Source: the human T2T-CHM13v2.0 reference genome, Homo sapiens. From it: DNA of 64,000 bases. This document shows, piece by piece, positions 32,122-43,805 of the stretch; the first letter of the stretch is position 1, and each line of letters starts with the position of its first letter. The stretch lies in assembly GCF_009914755.1 (NCBI RefSeq), contig NC_060947.1; one strand, 5' to 3'. A program made the position numbers and the translations under genes. The notes under the pieces were generated by a model. It had not been told where the DNA came from, ran no database searches, and saw only the letters and a list, made by a program, of their open reading frames with translations.

Positions 32122-32493
32122 TTTCATGCGCGTCCATGTGAAATCACCAAACAGGCTTTGTGTGAGCAATAAAGCTTTTTAATCACCTGGGTGCAGGCAG
32201 GCTGAATCCGAAAAGAGTCAGATAAGGGAGATAGGGGTGGGGCTGTTTTATAGGATTTTGGTAGGTAGTGGAAAATTACAGTCAAAGGGGGTTGTTCTCT
32301 GGCTGGCTGGGGTGGGGGTCACAAGGTGCTCAGTGGGGGAGCTTTTGAGTCAGGATGAGCCAGGAGAAGGAATTTCACAAGGTAATGTCACCAGTTAAGG
32401 CAGGAACTGGCCATTTTCACTTCTTTTGTGATTCTTTACTTGCTTCAGGCCATCTGGATGTATATATGCAGGCTTGGGCTCAGAGATCTGACA
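32122..32493 (-). mobile_element. HERV-H 3' LTR (LTR7 family)
   Basis: About 92% identical to 37896-38272 by manual alignment; preceded on the minus strand by the PPT ATAAGAAGACAGGAA (32494-32508). Confidence 0.95.
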
Positions 32494-32655
32494 TTCCTGT
32501 CTTCTTATATTGATAAGAAAAATAAAATAAAATAGTGTTGAAGTGTTGGGGCAGCAATAACTTTTGGGGGGTGGTATGGAGATATAATGGGCGATGTTTC
32601 TCAGGGCTGCTTCAAGCGGGATTAGGGGAGGCGTGGGAACCTAGAGTGGGAGAGA

Positions 32656-32850
32656 TTAAGCTGAAGGAAGATTTTGTGATAAGGGGTGATATTGTGGGGT
32701 TGTTAGAAGAAACACTTGTTGTATAGAATGATTGGTGATGGCCTGGGTGCGGTTTTGTATGAATTGAAAAACTAAACGGAAGACACAAGGTCCGAATAAG
32801 AGGAGAAAAACAGGTATTAAAGGACTAACAATTGGGAGGACCCAGGACAT
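32656..32850 (-). pseudogene. HERV-H env transmembrane C-terminal remnant
   Basis: SWVLPIVSPLIPVFLLLFGPCVFRLVFQFIQNR is a gammaretroviral TM anchor motif next to the 3' LTR. Confidence 0.88.
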
Positions 32851-33823
32851 CCAATTAGAGAGTGCCCAAGGAGGTTCAGCATAGCCCTGCCAGTAAAGAT
32901 TATTTATTTACTTTAAGAGGGAGTTAAGAGTGGTGGGCGGTTTGGGGATAGCACCAGGAGATATCAGCTGTGATGGCTTGGAGAAACAGTGTAAACCGGC
33001 AGTGTAAACAAGAGCAGGGCATGTATGAGTAGTTGAGAACGGTGAATAGGATTATGACTAGACAGAAGATAGTAGGGATGACAAGTTTTTGGGGCACAGC
33101 CCAAGTTGGTCTGGTGTCTGGAATGAGACGGGGGCCTAATAAAAAGGAGTGTCTATACAGGAGCTCAAATGGGCTGTAACCTGTAGCATTCCGAGGACAG
33201 GCCCGAATTTTGAGAAGGGAAAGTGGTAAAAGTATTGTCTAGTCATTTTTTAGTTGGTGGCTGAGCTTGGTGAGGTGCGTTTTTAAAAGACCATTAGTCC
33301 ATTCTACCTTTTCTGAAGATTGAGGATGGTAAGAGGTATGAGGGTTTCACTGAATACCAAGAGCCTGAGAAACTGCTTGGGTGATTTAACTAGTAAAGGC
33401 CGGTCTGTTATTGGACTGTATAGAGGTGGGAAGGCCAAACCAAGGAATTATGTCTTACAGAAAGGAAGAAATGACCGCAGTAGCCTTTTCAGACCCTGTG
33501 GGAAAGGCCTCTACCCACCCAGACCAAGAGGTATTTTAGTTTCCTGACTCGAGGCATGTGAGTAAAGTCAATTTGCCAGTCCTGGGCAGGGGCAAATCCC
33601 CGAGCTTGATGTGTAGGGAAGGGAGGGGGCCTGAACAATCCCTGAGGAGTAGTAGAATAGCAGATGGAACACTGAGAAGTGATTTCCTTGAGGATAGATT
33701 TCCACGGTGGAAAGGAAATGAGAGGTTCTAAGAGGCGGGCTAGTGGCTTGTAACCTACATGGAAGAGGCTATGAAATGACGACAGAATAGAATCGGCCTG
33801 TGAGGCTGGAAGGAGATATTTTC

Positions 33824-34079
<256 letters not shown>

Positions 34080-34094
34080 TGATAGGTGGAAGTT

Positions 34095-34520
34095 TCAGTA
34101 GGGGAGTAGGTAGGAGTGACCGATGAGAAGGAGAAAAACTGGCCTTGAGGGACGAAGTTGTACTCTAGCTGCTTTTTTAGCTACCTTATCAGCATAAGCG
34201 TTGCCCTGAGCGATGGGATCTGACGCCTTTTGACGGCCCTTGCAGTGAATGACTCCAGCTTCCTTTGGAAGTAAAGCAGCCTTGAGAAGAGTTTTTATTA
34301 AAGAGGAATTAATGATGGAGGACCCTTGCGTAGTGAGGAAACCTCTTTCTGCCCTTATAACAGCATGGTGGTGCAGAATATAGAAGGCATATTTAGAGTC
34401 AGTATAAATATTGATGCGTAGTCCTTTTGCAAGAGTGAGGGCTCTAGTTAAGGCAATGAGTTCGGCTTGCTGAGAGGTAGTGGAGGGGGGCAGAAAGTAT
34501 GTGCATCTGGTGTGAGGAAG
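34095..34520 (-). pseudogene. HERV-H pol RNase H remnant
   Basis: TSQQAELIALTRAL...INIYTDSKYAF...VIHCKG...GNAYADKVAK. Confidence 0.93.
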
Positions 34521-34654
34521 AAAATAGATTTTGGAAGTTATGAGAACTGTAGAGAGTGAGTTGAGCACAGTTTGTGATTTTGAGGGCCTCTAAAAGTATT
34601 AAAACAGAGGCAGCTGCCGCATGCAGACATGAGGGCTAGGCTAAAACAGTAAGC

Positions 34655-35556
34655 TCAAGTTGTTTGGATAAAAAGGCCACAGGGAGCGGTCCCAGTCCTT
34701 GTGTAAGAATTTCGACCACACAGCCCTGCACTTCGGCTGTGTGTAATGAAAAAGGGTTGGGATGAGTCAGGGAGAGCTAGTGTGGAAGCATTCTCTAATG
34801 CTGTCTTCAAGGAACGGAAAGAGGAGTGGGAAAAGGATTTAGGATCTATGGCATCAGCTAGGTTTTCTTTTGTGAGTTTACATAATGGTTTTGTTAGGAT
34901 GGCAAAACCAGGTATCCAAAGGTAAAAGTATCCAACCATGCCCAGGAAGGAAAGGAGTTGTTGTTTTGTAGAAGGGGTTGGGGTTTGAGAGATCAGTTGG
35001 ACAGGATCGGCAGGGAGAGCACCTGTGTTTTTATGAAGAATTATGCCGAGATAGGTAACAGATTAAGAAATTCGGGCTTGACTGAAGTAATGGGGGCTGT
35101 CTGTGAAGCCTTGTGGCAGTACAGCCCAGGTAATTTGCCGAGCCTGATGGTGTCAGGGTCAGTCCAAGTGAAAGCGAAGACAGGCTGGGATGAAGGGTGC
35201 AAAGGAATAGTAAAGAAAGCATGTTTGCCACACAGAACAGAATAATGGGTTGTGGAGGGAGGTATTGAGGATAGGAGAGTATATGGGTTTGGCACCATGG
35301 GGTGGATAGGCAAGATAATTTGGTTGATAAGGTGCAGATCCTGAACTAACCTGTAAGACTTGTCTGGTTTTTGGATAGGTAAAATGGGGGGATTGTAAGG
35401 AGAGTTTATAGGCTTTAAAAGGCCACACTGTAACAGGCAAGTGATAACAGGCTTTACTCCTTTTAAAGGCTGCTGTGGGATGGGATATTGGCGTTGAGTT
35501 GGGTAAGGGTGATTAGGTTTTAATGGAATGATAAGGGGTGCATGATCGGTCACCAT
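34655..35556 (-). pseudogene. HERV-H pol reverse transcriptase remnant
   Basis: QYPIP...SPYNPPILPIQKPDKSYRLVQDLHLIN...VPNPYTLLSSIP...AFFTIPLHPSSQPVFAFTWTDPDT, and downstream GYFYLWIPGFAILTKPL; frameshifted. Confidence 0.93.
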
Positions 35557-35994
35557 GGATGGAGTAGAGGTGTCCTATACTTGTGGATTAAGGTGGTGAG
35601 ATACAAGGGGAGGATGTGAAGGAGTGTTTGAACTGGGGAAAAGGGTGGCAATGAGGTGTGGCTGTAGCCTAGGAATAGTCAGGGAAGCAGATAATTTAGT
35701 TAAAATGTCTCAGCCTAATAAGGGAACTGGGCAGGTGGGGATAACTAAAAAGGAGTGCATAAAAGAATATTGTCCAAGTTGGCACCAGAGTTGGGGAGTT
35801 TTAAGAGGTTTAGAAGCCTGGCCATCAATAACCATAACAGTCATGGGGCAAGGGAAATAGGCCCTTGAAAAGAAGGTAATGTGGAGTGGGTAGCCTCCGT
35901 ATTGATTAAGAAGGGGACGGACTTACCCTCCACTGTAAGAGTTACCCAAAGCGTATGTGATGGTCCAGGAAGCTTCTGAGGTGATTGGGCAGCA

Positions 35995-36324
35995 TCAATC
36001 TTCAGCCGCTAAGCTGAGATGATCTGGGAAGGAGTCAGTCAGAGAGCGTTGGGCCAGAGTTCCAGTGGCTCTGGGAGTGGCTGCCGGGTGAGTTGGAGAG
36101 TCCAATTTCCAGTGGGTACCTGCACAGATGGGGCACAGCTTAGGAGGAATCCTGGGCTGTGGGCATTCCTTGGCCCAGTGGCCAGATTTCCAGCACTTGA
36201 AGCAAGTTCCTGGTGGAGGTGGTCCTGGAGGAATGCCTGGCCACTGCGGTTTATGTGTTTGGAAGTTCCTGTGTGCTGGAGATGTGGCTGGGGTTTCTCC
36301 CACACTGGAGGCAAGGAATTGCAA
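35995..36324 (-). pseudogene. HERV-H gag nucleocapsid remnant
   Basis: CCHC zinc knuckle CFKCWKSGHWAKEC and a degenerate second knuckle CPICAGTHWKLDS. Confidence 0.9.
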
Positions 36325-37264
36325 CTCAGAAATATGTTGCTACTTGGCTGCCTCTACTCTATTATTGTACACCTTGAAGGTGAGGTTAATTAAGTCCTGT
36401 TGTGGGGTTTGAGGGCTGGAATTTAATTTTTGGAGTTTTATTTAATGTTGGGAGCGGATTGGGTAATAACATGTATATTGAGAATAAGACGGCCCTTGAC
36501 CTTTTAGGGTCTAGGGCTGTAAAGCGTCTCAGGGTTGCTGCCAGATGAGCCATGAACTGGGCTGGGTTTTTATATTTGATGAAAAAGAGCCTAAACGCTA
36601 ACTGATTTTGGAGAGGTTGGATAAAGAAAAAGGAGCATTAACCTTGACTATGCCTGTAGTTCCAGCTACCATTTTAAGAGGAAATTGCTGGGCTGGTGGG
36701 GGAGGGCACATAACGAAACTGTAAGCTGGACTGGGTGTGAGGAGGGGAGGTGATCAAAAGATTATAGAGTGGGGGAGCAGAGCTGAGGAAGAATTGGGAC
36801 CTGGCTTGGCCTGGTGAGGAGCAGCCTGGGGAGGAGGGCAGAGGTCAGATGGGTCCATAAAAAAGGAAGATTGGAAAGACTCAGCAACACTTGGGGTTGG
36901 GACTGAGGGGACAGGCAGGAGGGAAAGAAGGAAGATTTGGGAGGAGCTGCATTGGGAACAGAGACTAGGGACGGACCGATGTGTAAAAGAATGCCTGTAT
37001 GTCAGGCACCTCAGACCGTTTGCCCATTTTATGACAAGAATTATCTAGATCTTGTAGGATGGAAAAATCGAAAGTGCCGTTTTCTTGCTATTTGGAACCA
37101 CTGTCGAGTTTGTACTGGGGTTAAGCAGCATTGCAGAAGAAAATAAGGCATTTAGGTTTTAGGTCAGGTGTGAGTTGAAGAGGTTTTAAGTTCTTGAGAA
37201 CACAGGCTAAGGGAGAAGAAGGAGGAATGGAGGGTGGAAGCCTGCCTATAGTGAAGGAGGCAAG

Positions 37265-37435
37265 TCCAGAGAAAAGAGAGGGTAGAGACATGGAGAGAAG
37301 GGGTGGGGGGATGCTTGCCCCCCAGGAAAGTGGAGAAGGGGTGGGGGGTGCTTGCCCCCCAGGAAAGTAGAGAGAAAAGAGAGGGTAGAGACACAGAGAG
37401 AAAGGGTGGGGGGTGCTTGACCCCCAAAAAGTGGT
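37265..37435. repeat. Imperfect tandem repeats in the HERV-H leader
   Basis: GAGAAGGGGTGGGGGG-TGCTTGCCCCCCAGGAAAGT-like unit three times, and AGAGAAAAGAGAGGGTAGAGACA twice. Confidence 0.8.
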
Positions 37436-37875
37436 GCTTGCCACTAAGGGTGAAGGATCAAGGCAGGCGTCCCCATGGTGATCAGACACCTCTGAAATGT
37501 GGGTGAATAATCAAGCAGGCGTCCCCACAGTAATTAAACACCAAGGGAAGACTTTCTTTCCGAGTCCGTGACTGGAGCCGGCGTTTTGGGTTCACGGATA
37601 AAACGCATCTCCTCTGTCTCTACCAGAAAAGGAAAGAAACTGAAAATAAGAGAAGGGAGAAATTGAAGTGTGGCACCAAGATTGAAAGGAGAAAGAGGTT
37701 GAGGGATAGTGAGAGAGGTTGGAGAAGAGAGTAAAGAGAGGCTGCTTACCGGATTTAAAATTGGTGAGATGTTCCTTGGGCTGGTTGGCCTGAGGACCAG
37801 AGGTTGTAGGTGGATCTTTCTCATGGAGTAAAGAGCAGGAGGACAGGGGATTGATCTTCCAAGGGAGGTCCCCCG

Positions 37876-37893
37876 ATTCGAGTCATGGCACCA
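37876..37893 (-). other. Primer-binding site complementary to tRNA-His
   Basis: Minus strand TGGTGCCATGACTCGAAT versus the HERV-H PBS TGGTGCCGTGACTCGGAT (2 mismatches). Confidence 0.93.
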
Positions 37894-37895
37894 AA

Positions 37896-38272
37896 TTTCA
37901 GATGCGTCTGTATGAAGAGACCACCAAACAGGCTTTGTGTGAGCAATAAAGCTTTCTAATCACCTGGCTGCCGGCGGGCTGTGTCCGAAAAGAGAGTCAG
38001 AGAAGGGAGACAGGGGTGGGGCTGTTTTACAGGATTTGGGTAGGTAGTGGAAAATTACAGTCAAAGGGGGTTGTTCTCTGGCTGGCTGGGGTGGGGGTCA
38101 CAAGGTGCTCAGTGGGGGAGCTTTTGAGCCAGGATGAGCCAGGAGAAGGAATTTCACAAGGTAATGTCACCAGTTAAGGGAGGAACCAGCCATTTTCACT
38201 TCTTTTGTGATTCTTCACTTGCTTCAGGCCATCTGGACGTATACGTGCAGGCTTGGGCTCAGAGGCCTAACA
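37896..38272 (-). mobile_element. HERV-H 5' LTR (LTR7 family)
   Basis: On the minus strand it starts TGTTAGGCCTCTGAGCCCAAGC and ends ...TGAAA, 2 nt before the PBS. Confidence 0.95.
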
Positions 38273-38574
38273 CTAGGCTAGGGCTTTGTGGGGAGAGGAT
38301 GTCTTGTGCTTATAGCTCCTACATGTGGGCTCTGTCCAGCACACATCTCTACCCCTAGCAGCCACAGTGCCCTTGAGGGAAGGTTCTGAGTACAATCTCG
38401 GACAGCCCATAGCAGCCACTGACTCAGCTGATTCTCAGGAAAAAGGCACTGAATCTGACACAGTTTGGAACCTGGCAGCCCCTTCTCAAAACTCCAGACC
38501 CTCCTCCTTGGTCCCATCTCATTAGCTTCCTCGGTTTCCTGCCTGGCCCAGGGAAGGAGTCACTCTCATGACAC

Positions 38575-39297
38575 TGTGAACCAAAAGTATCTGAGAGAGA
38601 TCTCAATAAATTTAGAAAGTTTATTTTGCCAAGTTTAAGTTCGTGCCTGTGACACAGCCTTAGGAGTTCTGACAACATGTTTTCAAGGTGGTTGGGGCAC
38701 AGCTTGATTTTATACTACATTTTAGGGAGACATGAGATATCAATCAATATACGTAAGATGTACATTGGTTCAGTCCAGAAAGGCCGGGCTACTCGAAGTC
38801 AAAGAAGGGGGCTTCTAGGTCATAGGTAGATAAAAGAAAAATGGTTGCATTCTTTTGAGTCTCTGATTAGTCTTTCACTGAATACACAATTTACATGTGA
38901 GAGGTGGATAGAGGAGTAATCACTTATGCCTTAGTCTGGCTTTGTGAATCTGCATTTTTACATAAACAATAAGGCAGAGGACGTGATCAGATATGCATTT
39001 GTCTCAGGTGAGCGGAGCTATAACTTTGAGTTCTGTCTGTTTTCTGGTACCTATGAAGATAAGCTATCAGTTTACATTGCCAGGGTGAAATTAAACAGAG
39101 CTCTTTTAGGGTAAAGATCTTGAATCCCACAAGAAATTTCCTTGTGACAAATTATGAGGGAGGTATGTAGCTTTTTATCTTTGTAGCTATCTTACTTAGG
39201 AATAAAATGGGAGGCAGGTTTGCTTGACATAATTCCCAGCTTGACTCTTCCCCGGGCTTAGTGACTTTGGGGTCCTGAGATTTATTTTCCTTTCACA
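38575..39297 (-). mobile_element. Solo LTR, MER4A-like
   Basis: TG...CA ends with 4-bp TSD ACAC (38571-38574 / 39298-39301); minus strand starts tgtgaaaggaaaataaatctc. Confidence 0.85.
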
Positions 39298-39599
39298 ACA
39301 CCTTAGAGCAGCTTTAGCTCTACTTTTACTGATACAAGCTACCAACTGCTCAGCAAGCCACCCAAAATGAATGCATAATTCAAAAAAGGGAAAAGGCACA
39401 CTCCCTTGTTCCCCTAAGACACATTTCAGATAGCTGTCCCTAAGCCCCTGCTGCATAAAATGCCTAAAACTTTGTTGCCCTCCTCCTTCCCTACTTTGTT
39501 CCTCTCCTCCTTCCCTTTCTCTCACCTCCCCAGCCCTGGAGACCTTCTTGTCTGGTCTTTATCCTAGAGCTGACATGCCTAGGTCAATGAATGCTTACA

Positions 39600-39899
39600 T
39601 TTTTTTTTTTTTTTTTTTTGAGACGGAGTCTTGCTCTGTCGCCCAGGCTGGAGTGCAGTGGTGCGATCCCAGCTCACTGCAAAGTCTGCCTCCCAGGTTC
39701 AAGCAATTCTCTGCCTCAGCCTCCTAAGTAGCTGGGATTACAGGCACCCGCCACCACGCCTGGCTAATTTTTGTATTTTTAGTAGAGACGGGGTTTCACC
39801 ATGTTGGCCAGGATGGTCTCAAACTCCTGACCTCGTGATCCACCCGCCTCAGCCTCCCAAAGTGCTGGGATTACAGGAGTGAGCCACTGCCCCCGACCC
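39600..39899 (-). mobile_element. Alu (AluS type)
   Basis: TSD gaatgcttaca. Confidence 0.95.
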
Positions 39900-40437
39900 G
39901 AATGCTTACAGTTTTCATCTAAGGTCTCTTATGCCTGTGCTTCATGCCCACATCCGCCAGCATATCTACCCTCTGCCCCCAGGAGTATTTCTTTTAGCAT
40001 CTCAACACTTGGTCCCACATGAGAAGGAAACAAGAGAAGGCAGGAGACAGTCTCAGTAGGGGAGGCTGAGGTAAGCTTCCCAGAGTAGAAGCCATATGTT
40101 ATACCCCTTCTGAACCCCTTCCTGCTCCTCTTGTGTCCAGCACATGGTGGGCAGGAGGCTGATGGCAGTAAGAATCCACTCCATCTTTGCTGGATGACTG
40201 ATGGTGATTTTCCACTGTCAGCACTAAACAGTCAGAAGCTCTGCAGAGGCAGCTTGGGCCCCTTTCTTCACGCTCTCTTGAAACTCCTGTGCTGAGCTAG
40301 CAGCAGCCTCACCATAGCCTGCCAAGTTCTCAGCTCTGTTAGGGCCAGCCTGGAAGGGACCTGAAGAAAAAGATTCTGCCTGTTTTTGTTCTGTGCAGAT
40401 ATGGTCGGGGTGATTCTAGTAACCAGGCACAGCTCCA

Positions 40438-40439
<2 letters not shown>

Positions 40440-40469
<30 letters not shown>
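40440..40469. repeat. (CA)n microsatellite
   Basis: About 15 CA units. Confidence 0.95.
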
Positions 40470-40473
<4 letters not shown>

Positions 40474-41406
40474 TAAATGAGCAACTATAGTGTGCCAGGT
40501 AAATGAGAGCAAAGTGGCCAGGGATAATCATGGAAGGGATGATATGCCAATATGTCAACTAATAGTAAGATGCAGACTGTTGGAAAATGAAATTTTCTTT
40601 AGAGAAATAGCCAGGAATGTAATAGAATCCCCCTTTAAGCACTCTTTTAAGGGCAGTGTGGCACACTGCAAAAAGCAAGTCCTAGTTCTTGTATGGTTTC
40701 TCAGCTGACTAGCTGATCAGTCTTGGGAATGTTAAATTCTGAGCCTCACTTTTATTATCTGTAAAATGGGGGTGACCATCATTTCTTTCTTGTGGGATAA
40801 AAGTGAGATAATAAATTGCAGTAAGGGAGAGTGCACACTATGAGGAATCGGGGAACCTCAGTAAGACAGTGTTAGGAATGACTTATAGGATTTGGATTTA
40901 AGTGATTTTGGGGAGGGTCTAAGGAAGTGGGGCTTTACTCTTGATTGGATGCTGTCAGGAAGCAGGGTAGTTCTATAATTGGGTATTTCAATAAGTGCTA
41001 TCTATAAGGACGGATGATTAGAGCAAAGATAAAGATGTAATTAAAGAAGAAGCAGCCATTCATATTCCCCAGAATAGAGGGAAGTTTGATCACGTTTATG
41101 GTTTAAACACTGTTTATGTTTTATCTGTGTTCAGATCTGATTACACAGTGGTGTTGTTATGTCTTGATCCATCATGGTCACGGAGTGGCCTTGTCTAATG
41201 TTGATATTCTGTGAAATTGTTTAGCAGTAGAACAGTAAGTCCCAACTGATAGGGCCAGGCCAGGTCCTAGCTGACAGGGGGCTGCTTGTTTCTTTCTTAG
41301 TGCCTCCCTTATAGCCAAGGGCCGACAAAGTCAAGCTGCAGATAATTAATCAATGATATACAGGTTTTCACCATTGCCAAGATTTTGCTGATCAGGAGGT
41401 TGTTTA

Positions 41407-41739
<333 letters not shown>

Positions 41740-42155
41740 CTAGAATAAGTCTGTTCTGCTCATTATGTTGCAGGATGAGCCTTTTCAGATTCTGAGCCCT
41801 TTCAGAATTCTCAGAAATCTTGAGGAAGACACTGGACTTCCCTGGTAAGGGGTAACATGGAACTTGAACCAATTATATTTGAACTGGAATGGACAGGATG
41901 ACACTCTGCTGACATTTGGCTTACTTGTGCACTTAGGGCAGGGCAAGCACAGCATAGGTGCTCAATGTTAGTTTTGTCTGAATTTTCATTTTGTTAACGC
42001 CTGTAATATTCCTTCCAGAGGAGGCTGTAAGCTCTCTCAGAACAAGGGTTGCATCCGGAAACCATCCCATTTCTCTGTTTTCCCCTCGATGTCTGGCAAA
42101 GTGCTAGATACAGGATAAGAAGAGAAAAGAAAAGACAAAGGTCTGCAACTAAGTA

Positions 42156-42451
42156 ATTTTTTTTTTTTTTGAGAGAGGGTCTCACTTTTTTGCCCAGGCT
42201 GGAGTGCAGTGGCACAATGAGGGCTCACTGCAACCTTGACCTCTCGGGCTCAAGTGATCCTCCCACATCAGCTTCTGAGTAGCTGGGACTACAGGCATGC
42301 ACCATGACGCCCAGCTAATCTTTAAATTTTTTGTAGAGACGGGGGTCTCACTATGTTGCCCAGGTTGGTCTTGAACTCCTGGCCTCAAGTGATCCTCCTC
42401 CCTTAGGCTTCCCAAAGTGTTGGGATTACAGGTGTGAGCCACTGTGCCTGG
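42156..42451 (-). mobile_element. Alu (AluJ type)
   Basis: Reverse dimer; TSD ctaagta. Confidence 0.92.
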
Positions 42452-42804
42452 TGGCCTCTAAGTATTAACAGGGAATTGCCATTTACTGTGCTATGTCCCA
42501 GGCTGAGGGGGGATATGAACCCAATTTGGCTACCTACAAAGCCTAAACTCCTAACCATTATGGATTATGTATCCTGCTTCAGGACCCATCTCATCTTGCC
42601 TTGCCCCAGATGATCCTCCCCAGAACAAAGCATGACTGGGGTGCCCAGGGCAGGCTCACAAGATGAAGAGATTGAGGGCTGAGATGCAGAGAAGAAGGTG
42701 TGTCCATAGGGAACATGATTTCCTGTGTGAGATTTCCCTAGCCATTCTCGTGGCTCACACCCCAAAAGCCAGCTTGTCTTGCCACAGCAGACTGCCCTTG
42801 CCTG

Positions 42805-42996
42805 TAGGGCTGCCGGATTCACTAATAAAAATACAAGGCATTCAGTTAAATTAGACTTTCAGACAAACAATGAGCAATTTCTCAGTATAAGTATGACCCA
42901 TCCAGTATTTCGGATATACTTAAATGATTATTCATTGTTTATCTGAAAGTCAAATTTAATTGAGTTGAGCATCATGTATTTTATCTGACAACCCTA
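42805..42996. mobile_element. MER53-like palindromic hAT MITE
   Basis: TIRs tagggctgcc... / ...tgacaacccta, self-complementary body, perfect 8-bp TSD CTTGCCTG (42797-42804 / 42997-43004). Confidence 0.88.
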
Positions 42997-43159
42997 CTTG
43001 CCTGGGCGTGATATTTCAAAGAGCAGAGGAATGGGGGGCTTTGGGGACTTCCCATTTAGTGATTTCAGCAAGGGGAACCTAACACCTGCTTTTGTTGTTG
43101 GCAGCCCTTGAGGCAACTGCTTCAAGCACAATGCTTAAGGCAGTGTTCCAGTGCTGGTG

Positions 43160-43279
43160 TAGGCTGACCAACTTGTTTTGGTTTTCCCAGGCCGTACCCA
43201 TTTTTAGCACTGAAAGTCCCACATCTTGGGATCTCTTCGTTCCTGGCAAACCGGGATGATTGGTGATTGGTCACCCTAG
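43160..43279. mobile_element. MER81-like hAT MITE
   Basis: taggctgaccaac...ttttagcactgaaagtccc...ttggtcacccta. Confidence 0.75.
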
Positions 43280-43615
43280 TGATAGACATACCCAGAGGTG
43301 CTGGTGGAGATGTTAGAAGACAACAAATACACAAAGAAACTGCTAGGTGTGTCTCAAAGAGTCTCAACATTTCTTCAAAGCACATATCCTTGGCTCCATT
43401 TTAAAGATAGGCAGGTTCAGGGGAAGTATAGGAATCCTGGATCTGAAAGGTGTTGGTTCTAGAGATCACTAAAGTTCAGCCTCTATTTTTTAAATGCTTA
43501 TCAAACATTTGCAGAGATACTCTGTCACCCCATCTGGTGATTATTATTATTATTGTTATTATACTTGAGCATAGGCACTATGGTAAGAATTTTATGTTCA
43601 GTATCTTGTGTAATC

Positions 43616-43805
43616 TTTTTTTTTTTTTTTTTTTGAGATCTGTCGGAGCGCAGTGGCACCATCTCGCCTCACTGTAACCTCTGCCTTCCAGGTTCAAGCA
43701 CTTCTTGTGCCTCAACCTCCCGAGCAGCTGGAATTACAGGCATGCACCACCATGCCTGGCTAATTTTTATAGTTTTAGTAGAGACAGGGTTTCACCATGT
43801 TGACT
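43616..43805 (-). mobile_element. Partial Alu
   Basis: Poly-T, right arm and part of the left arm. Confidence 0.85.

Noticed and set aside
34095-36324. HERV-H gag/pol ORFs as functional proteins
   Set aside because: Fragmented by frameshifts and deletions; no RT catalytic YxDD segment seen.
40820-41300. Possible additional old LTR
   Set aside because: Looks repeat-like, but I could not define termini or family.
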